From positions 1 through 46,423 of the forward strand of contig CAIOZW010000173.1 in assembly GCA_903862855.1 (NCBI GenBank): 46,423 nucleotides of DNA. The letters run 5' to 3'. A program made the position numbers and the translations under genes. Below the pieces are notes generated by a model. The model was given only the letters and a program-made list of their open reading frames with translations. It searched no databases and was not told the origin of the DNA. This DNA is from an uncultured Acidobacteriota bacterium (GTDB lineage: Bacteria; Acidobacteriota; Blastocatellia; RBC074). Positions 37,602-46,423 of the stretch are shown here, in pieces; position 1 is the stretch's first letter; the number at the start of each line of letters is the position of its first letter.

Positions 37602-37628
37602 AGAGGGCAGGCACTTGGCCTGCCCTCT
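37602..37628. terminator. REP-like hairpin between convergent genes
   Basis: AGAGGGCAGGC-ACTTG-GCCTGCCCTCT; same core as the palindrome at 26306. Confidence 0.6.
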
Positions 37629-37632
37629 TCGT

Positions 37633-40767
<3,135 letters not shown>

Positions 40768-40808
40768 TGACCCACAGGGCCAGCTCCCGCCCCTGTCCTA
40801 TTCTGACC

Positions 40809-42737
40809 TCAGAATCTCTGCCGTACCCCAAGACGCGCCGGCGTTGGGACGGTTGCCCGCCCTTCACTGCGCTTCAGTAACCATTTGATCATCGTCTCGG
40901 CGACCACTGAGTTTCCTGGCTCGCCGGGACGAACCTTGCCCGCCAGTGAGTCATCTGCCGCAATGAAGTCACTGTGATAATAGAGCCTTGCATTGATCGA
41001 TTGATCGAAGGGGGTGAGCTGCCGCGCCTCTTCAGTCTGGAATGTCCCGATTCGGTTGATCTCGGTAAAGTCAGTCACACCCGGAAAAGGGTTGTTGAGC
41101 CCCTGTGTAGTGGACTGTCTCGCAACATAGACCGGTATCTTCGCAATAGCCGACTTGTCGATATCGAGATTGAGGCCATTACCCGCCATCTTCAGAGTGC
41201 GAAACTGGCCCACCGTCCGCATGTCGATCTCATAGCGTTCTGCCGGGTACCAGTTGATGGCAATGAGATGTGAGGCATCGACCGTTTGCTCGCCACTCGA
41301 TGCAAAGCGATGCGTGACCGGAAGGATGTTGGTCCGCGCGGGCGCAAACGAGAGGGAGTCGAGCCAGAGCTGCGCCTTCCCAACCCTGTCCCCGATCGGT
41401 CCGCCGCCGCCACCTTCAAGCCATCCATATACCCTGGCCGGATCGACCTGTTCCGGGCCTGGCACACAGGGTGGCGAAGGTTTTGCCTGATCACACCTCG
41501 ACTCGGTCCCCGGCCGCGGCTTGAAGTCGAGCTGTCCCAGTCCCTCTCCAAGACGGGCCAGTAGTGGATTCTGCATTCCGAGTCCAGCCAGTGGATCAAT
41601 GTCGAATGAGATTCCCGCCCGCGCACGATTATTGAGCCTGATCGATCGCAGAAAGCGGTCACCAACCGGAATGCCCATTCCCACCGGTGAGAAGATCGAT
41701 TCGGCCTCCGGCCCCTGCAGGGCGAAGTAGAGCCCGGTAATCATCATCGACGCCGCTGCTGCCGGTCCGGAGAGGTTGCCCAGCAATCCACTCGCATCGG
41801 TATAGACCGATCCCTGACCTTTTCGCAACCGCTCGACCCGCTCAAGATAGTCTCGCTGCTGGGCCTCACTCATCGTCGTTGCGGCACCTGCCGCCGGCCC
41901 TCCATCAAGAAAGATCAGTCCGCTCAGCAGCTCGTGACCACGGCGCCCGTCGGCTCGCTTTCGCCCGGCATAGGCTCCGACAAAGCCTCCTCCCTGTGAA
42001 TGGCCGGCGAGAAAGATGTTCCGTGACCCGCTCCGCTCACCGATCAGCTCGATCATCCGGTCAAGATCTGCCGCTGCTGTCTCAAAGCCCCATTCAGCCA
42101 TAAAGCGGAGATCATCCTGCCTGAAAGGTCTCCAGACTGCGCCATCGCGCCCAACCAGTTTTGAGGCCGTGGCAAGTGGCCATCTACCCGACCGCTCCGG
42201 CTCGACCTCCAGGATCCCCGGGCCAAAATAGTATTCAGCCCCACGCCGCGGATCACCTGAACGACGCGACGTCAACGCACCCGTCGTATCAGCAAGATTC
42301 GCCCCACGCCGTTGCACAATCCAGACTTCAAGCCGGCAGGCTGTCATCCTCCTGCCAGCCGGACATTTCTCACCCGCCGCGCGGTGAACCAATTGTGACG
42401 CCAGAAAGAGCCAGTGGGATGGCGTACTTGCGAACCCCGGCATCGCCAGAAGAACCACATTGGCCGGTTGTGGACGCTCGCCATCCTGCGCCAACCTGAA
42501 ACGGAGAAAGGTTGCCTTGTCAAAACCAGCCGGAGTTCCAGTCGTCGAAGCACCGGGAATCTGCAGATACTCGGCCAGAACATCCGGAAATCCCGGCACC
42601 GTACTTCCACCCTTTGTCTTGACTGTCTCACCAGTCGTCGTGTAGGTCTGGGCCGATCCTGTCAGAGTCATCAGGATTGCCAGCAGCAACATTCCCGTCT
42701 TCTTTGCCATCATTTGCCCCCTTTTGCCGTCACTCAA
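40809..42737 (-). CDS. Secreted alpha/beta-hydrolase-fold hypothetical protein
   Basis: Signal peptide MAKKTGMLLLAILMTLTGSA-Q; MPGF oxyanion-like segment, FLAGHSQGG nucleophile elbow, LIFLDG and YYHSD. The true start is probably the ATG near 42710. Confidence 0.75.
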   Translation of the reverse strand: MSDGKRGQMMAKKTGMLLLAILMTLTGSAQTYTTTGETVKTKGGSTVPGFPDVLAEYLQIPGASTTGTPAGFDKATFLRFRLAQDGERPQPANVVLLAMPGFASTPSHWLFLASQLVHRAAGEKCPAGRRMTACRLEVWIVQRRGANLADTTGALTSRRSGDPRRGAEYYFGPGILEVEPERSGRWPLATASKLVGRDGAVWRPFRQDDLRFMAEWGFETAAADLDRMIELIGERSGSRNIFLAGHSQGGGFVGAYAGRKRADGRRGHELLSGLIFLDGGPAAGAATTMSEAQQRDYLERVERLRKGQGSVYTDASGLLGNLSGPAAAASMMITGLYFALQGPEAESIFSPVGMGIPVGDRFLRSIRLNNRARAGISFDIDPLAGLGMQNPLLARLGEGLGQLDFKPRPGTESRCDQAKPSPPCVPGPEQVDPARVYGWLEGGGGGPIGDRVGKAQLWLDSLSFAPARTNILPVTHRFASSGEQTVDASHLIAINWYPAERYEIDMRTVGQFRTLKMAGNGLNLDIDKSAIAKIPVYVARQSTTQGLNNPFPGVTDFTEINRIGTFQTEEARQLTPFDQSINARLYYHSDFIAADDSLAGKVRPGEPGNSVVAETMIKWLLKRSEGRATVPTPARLGVRQRF

Positions 42738-42782
42738 TCACCGTTGCCACACTTTTTGGCCACTCCCGTCTCCAGGTCGATG

Positions 42783-43619
42783 TCAGATCACGGTGGTAAC
42801 GATCTCTCGAATCCCGCGCTGCAACTCAGCATCATCAGTAATTGGACTGGCGATGGCGATCTCACAGGCTGTTACCGGAGCGATCCCACTTGCAATCATC
42901 TGTGCGGCATAGACCAGCAGACGCGTCGAGACCCCCTCCTCCAATCCATGTCCCTTGAGATTACGAACCTTCTCCCCGATCCGCACCAGATCGCGAGCCG
43001 TCGCTTCCGGTACACCTCCCTCACGGGCGACGATCTCCGTCTCTGCCTCAGCCGACGGATAATCGAACTCGATCGAGAGAAACCTCTGCCGTGTCGACTG
43101 CTTGAGATCCTTCAGGACGCTCTGGTAACCTGGATTGTATGAGATGACCAGCATGAAATCGTCAGGTGCGCTCAGTAACACCCCAAGTTTCTCGATTGGA
43201 AGAATGCGGCGATCATCGGTCAGTGGATGGATCAGCACTATCGTATCTTTTCGGGCCTCGACCACCTCGTCAAGGTAACAGATTGCTCCGTGGCGCACGG
43301 CCGTCGTCAATGGTCCGTCATGCCAGACTGTCTCCTCACCCTCGAGAAGAAACCTTCCAACCAGATCGGTCGCCGAGAGATCCTCGTGACAGGCAACGGT
43401 AATCAGCGGCCGTCCAAGACGCCAGGCCATCGCCTCGACAAATCTTGTCTTCCCGCAACCCGTCGGCCCTTTCAACATTACCGGCAGTTTTGCCCTGCAG
43501 GCCGTCTCGAAGATCGATACCTCGTCACGGACATTGAGATAGAATGGTTCCCTCGTCAGTCGATACTTCTCGATCGGCTGCTCCCGAACTATGGTCTTGT
43601 CAGATTCGCTCTGGCTCAT
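42783..43619 (-). CDS. CbbQ/NirQ/NorQ/GpvN family MoxR AAA+ ATPase
   Basis: [65 protein letters not shown] and [13 protein letters not shown]. Confidence 0.96.
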   Translation of the reverse strand: MSQSESDKTIVREQPIEKYRLTREPFYLNVRDEVSIFETACRAKLPVMLKGPTGCGKTRFVEAMAWRLGRPLITVACHEDLSATDLVGRFLLEGEETVWHDGPLTTAVRHGAICYLDEVVEARKDTIVLIHPLTDDRRILPIEKLGVLLSAPDDFMLVISYNPGYQSVLKDLKQSTRQRFLSIEFDYPSAEAETEIVAREGGVPEATARDLVRIGEKVRNLKGHGLEEGVSTRLLVYAAQMIASGIAPVTACEIAIASPITDDAELQRGIREIVTTVI

Positions 43620-43889
43620 AATCTTTATGGTCGTTCCTGATTATTGTTCCTGAAGTGGGTTCGCTTCCATGCTAAAATCAAATGGTCAAAAATTGAATGG
43701 TCATCATATCATTGCGAGAGGTACTTTGTCAGTCGCACACTATTTGACTGAGCAGCTCTGTTGATAAGCGTGTTTCATCCGACGCGCCCTGAAGCTGCAG
43801 CGACCCCGATGAGTCGACCCTTTGATCGACCTGGTATCCGGGCTCTGTAATCAGACCCATGACTCTGAGGAGATGGAGAAGAGGTTTTC

Positions 43890-45017
43890 ATGATCGCCGT
43901 AGCCATGAGCGGCGGAGTCGATTCTTCGACAGCCGCGGCATTACTCAAGAATCAGGGAGAGGAGCTGGTCGGTTTCTCGATGCAGCTCTGGAACCAGCGT
44001 CGGATCAACGTCGGCCCGGATGGTGAACCGCTCCCTTCCCGTTGCTGTTCACTCGATGATCTCTATGATGCGCGTACCGTCGCGAACAGGCTCGGCTTTC
44101 CCTTCTATGTCGTCAACCTCGAGAGTGAGTTTGAGCGCGATGTCGTGCAGCCATTTGTCGTCAACTACCTCAATGGTCTCACTCCGAGTCCCTGTATCGC
44201 CTGCAACTCATTTCTCAAGTTCGATAAACTGGTCGAGCTGGCCCGCAGTGCCGAGGCCACAAAGGTCGCGACTGGCCATTATGCCCGCGTCACTTTTGAC
44301 GAGTCGAGCGGCCGATGGTGCCTCCTTCGGGCCGTCAATCGTGCCAAGGATCAGTCCTACTTTCTGTTTGAGCTGACCCAGGAACAGCTGAGCTATGCCC
44401 TCTTCCCCCTTGGTGAGATGACCAAGCAGGAGGTGCGTGAGATCGCTGAAAAGGCCGGCCTGCCTACGGCTGGCAAACCAGAGAGCCAGGAGATCTGTTT
44501 CGTCCCTGATGGCAACTACGCTCGTTTCATCGAGCGCTATCTGCTCGAAGAGCCGCGCTCACTGCCCGTCCTGAATCAGCCAAATGGCCAAATCGGACCG
44601 ATCTCGCCCGGAGATATTGTGACGCGGAATGGTGAGGTGCTTGGGCAGCATCAGGGCATCCACCGCTACACGGTCGGGCAGCGACGAGGACTTGGAATCG
44701 CGGCGCCTGATCCACTCTATGTTATCGAGGTCGATGCAATGCACAACCGGGTTGTGGTTGGGTCGAGTGAGGATCTGCTGAAGAATGAGATGCTGGTCAG
44801 GCGAATAAACTGGATTTCAATACCGTCATTGACCAGACCGCAGCGCGTCGAAGTAAGGATTCGTTCCCGTGCCGAAGAGTCCCCGGCAACACTCTATCCT
44901 TCCGATGATGGCGACGTCATTGTCCGATTCGATCAGCCACAGCGTGCAGTCACTCCGGGTCAGGCGGCAGTTTTCTATGATGGCGACATTGTTGTTGGTG
45001 GTGGATGGATTGCATGA
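43890..45017 (+). CDS. mnmA: tRNA-specific 2-thiouridylase
   Basis: [48 protein letters not shown] and [11 protein letters not shown]. Confidence 0.98.
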   Translation: MIAVAMSGGVDSSTAAALLKNQGEELVGFSMQLWNQRRINVGPDGEPLPSRCCSLDDLYDARTVANRLGFPFYVVNLESEFERDVVQPFVVNYLNGLTPSPCIACNSFLKFDKLVELARSAEATKVATGHYARVTFDESSGRWCLLRAVNRAKDQSYFLFELTQEQLSYALFPLGEMTKQEVREIAEKAGLPTAGKPESQEICFVPDGNYARFIERYLLEEPRSLPVLNQPNGQIGPISPGDIVTRNGEVLGQHQGIHRYTVGQRRGLGIAAPDPLYVIEVDAMHNRVVVGSSEDLLKNEMLVRRINWISIPSLTRPQRVEVRIRSRAEESPATLYPSDDGDVIVRFDQPQRAVTPGQAAVFYDGDIVVGGGWIA

Positions 45018-45105
45018 GAACAGTCCCAGAAAGAGCCGCTACTACATCATCAGATCGCATCTAGTCCCGTCCATAAAATCTCCCTGATCGACAAGGAGCC
45101 AGAGA

Positions 45106-45573
45106 ATGAACGATGTCAAAGTAAGCCTCAAGACTGCCGAAGGATTTCGAACCGTCATCACGGCCGGGCAGAATACGATTATCGCCGACGAGCCTGAATC
45201 ACACGGCGGACACGATGAGGGCATGGCACCCTACGAACTGCTCCTCTCTTCTCTCGGTGCCTGCACAGCCATGACTCTCAAGATGTATGTCGACCGAAAA
45301 AAGCTCCCGGTGACAAGCATCGAGGTCCATCTCAACTTCGAGAAGATCAAACCAGAGGATTGCGAGGGATGCTCTCCAGAGGAGATCGCCGGCAGAACCG
45401 AGATCCACTACATCAGCCGTATCATCTACGTCGAAGGGCAACTGACGACTGAACAAGAGGAGCGGCTCAAGTATGTGGCCTCACGTTGCCCTGTCCACCT
45501 CACACTCCATAGCAATCCCCACGTTGAAGACGCGCTGATCATCAGACCTCTTTCAAGTACTCTGCTGTTGTAA
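45106..45573 (+). CDS. OsmC/Ohr family protein (YhfA-like)
   Basis: [29 protein letters not shown] and [10 protein letters not shown]; AGGAG SD. Confidence 0.92.
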   Translation: MNDVKVSLKTAEGFRTVITAGQNTIIADEPESHGGHDEGMAPYELLLSSLGACTAMTLKMYVDRKKLPVTSIEVHLNFEKIKPEDCEGCSPEEIAGRTEIHYISRIIYVEGQLTTEQEERLKYVASRCPVHLTLHSNPHVEDALIIRPLSSTLLL

Positions 45574-45679
45574 CCGTTATGGCCAGTCGGGCCAGCCAGG
45601 CAGAAGGCCTTTCCCTGCGCTTGCCGTCAATCTGGCAGGGTAGAGACCGCTTAGCGACCGGAGGGCCGCCGCAAGTCCC

Positions 45680-45745
45680 AAATAAAAGCCCCCACCAACT
45701 TCGACCTCCGGGTAGATTCCCGTTCAGCCAAAAGTGGTGGGGGGC
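45680..45745 (-). terminator. Long hairpin terminator after the last gene
   Basis: Minus strand GCCCCCCACCA...TGGTGGGGGC followed by TTTTATTT. Confidence 0.65.
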
Positions 45746-45768
45746 GTGGTCAGTTACTGCTGAACCGC

Positions 45769-46423
45769 TTACAGGGTCGGCGGACCGACCGGGATGGTGA
45801 TCGACGCTGCACTGCTCAGTGACAGGGTATGAAGCAGTCTTCCCTGGCTGAACCCGTTCGGATTCTGGTTGAGCATCACTCCGAGCATTCCTTCATCATT
45901 GCCCGTCGAGATCTTCAGCCAGCCCGTTCTTCCCGATGGAACCATCGACTCGAATCGCGGCGCCGTTCGCAACGAGCTTCCCGTCAGGATCGTCCTCATC
46001 TGGCAACTTCCTCCTGACATCGTGTAGCTCGCCGCTCTCTCCTGATCGTCATAGAGCAGTCCATACAGCGGTCCCAGTGGCAGTCCTCCTACTCCTGCCA
46101 GATTTCCTCCGATCCTTGTCAGCACCAGCATCGTCTGGTTTCCATCCGCTCTCGCCGGCACGCTGCTCATCGCCAGTGTCCGCGGCAACTCGTTATACCT
46201 GATTCCGTCAAACAGCAGATCCGTCGTCACGTCGCTCGGGCTGCAGGTCACCCCGCTTCCCGCCAGCTTCGCAATTCCGACCGCCGACAGATTCGCCGCG
46301 TGCCCGCTCTCAAACTTCACCAACACGCTTCCGATCAGGTTGTTGAAGAAGTCCGGACATCCGCTCTCATCCACGGCCACCGCAATCAGGTATCCCGTCA
46401 CCAGTGGATCCAGATCGCTTGCA
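45769..46423 (-). CDS. C-terminal part of a larger, probably secreted beta-rich protein; starts beyond the right edge
   Basis: The frame is open to the window edge (ASDLDPLVTGYLIAVAVDESGCP...GRTGWLKI...GRLLHTLS...ITIPVGPPTL). No catalytic motif recognised. Confidence 0.75.
   Translation of the reverse strand, partial: ASDLDPLVTGYLIAVAVDESGCPDFFNNLIGSVLVKFESGHAANLSAVGIAKLAGSGVTCSPSDVTTDLLFDGIRYNELPRTLAMSSVPARADGNQTMLVLTRIGGNLAGVGGLPLGPLYGLLYDDQERAASYTMSGGSCQMRTILTGSSLRTAPRFESMVPSGRTGWLKISTGNDEGMLGVMLNQNPNGFSQGRLLHTLSLSSAASITIPVGPPTL

Noticed and set aside
43681-43703. AATGGTCA direct repeat and a possible FNR box upstream of the CbbQ/NorQ gene
   Set aside because: The 8-bp repeat could be chance, and no TTGAT-N4-ATCAA site is present.

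Overview
A GC-rich bacterial chromosomal window, probably Acidobacteriota/Blastocatellia-like (inferred from protein styles, not proven). It holds about 31 CDSs and one tRNA (Ile2/CAU). Housekeeping genes include aceE, dut, comM, an MltD-like transglycosylase, lemA, mnmA and two S9 peptidases. Highlights: (1) a six-gene cluster at 12.8-20.3 kb with a soluble Hanks Ser/Thr kinase, an FHA-GAF-PP2C phosphatase, four FHA domains, six zinc ribbons, an RDD protein, a membrane TPR protein and a PrsW-type protease fused to zinc ribbons and FHA. It is the best candidate for an undescribed system, possibly phosphorylation-gated intramembrane proteolysis. (2) A signal-peptide peroxiredoxin whose active-site Cys codon is an in-frame TGA followed by a SECIS-like hairpin (selenoprotein, split in two by the ORF track). 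(3) A cyclophilin-penicillin-acylase fusion. (4) An orphan CbbQ/NorQ + NorD/CbbO pair flanking a secreted alpha/beta hydrolase. (5) A non-coding 6 x 25-bp tandem array upstream of an oversized ECF-like sigma and a double-zinc-finger anti-sigma that the ORF track missed. (6) A long, structured leader behind a near-consensus promoter upstream of the transglycosylase. (7) REP-like palindromes. No CRISPR array, transposase, integrase or rRNA was seen. All calls come from reading motifs by eye; no database searches were run.
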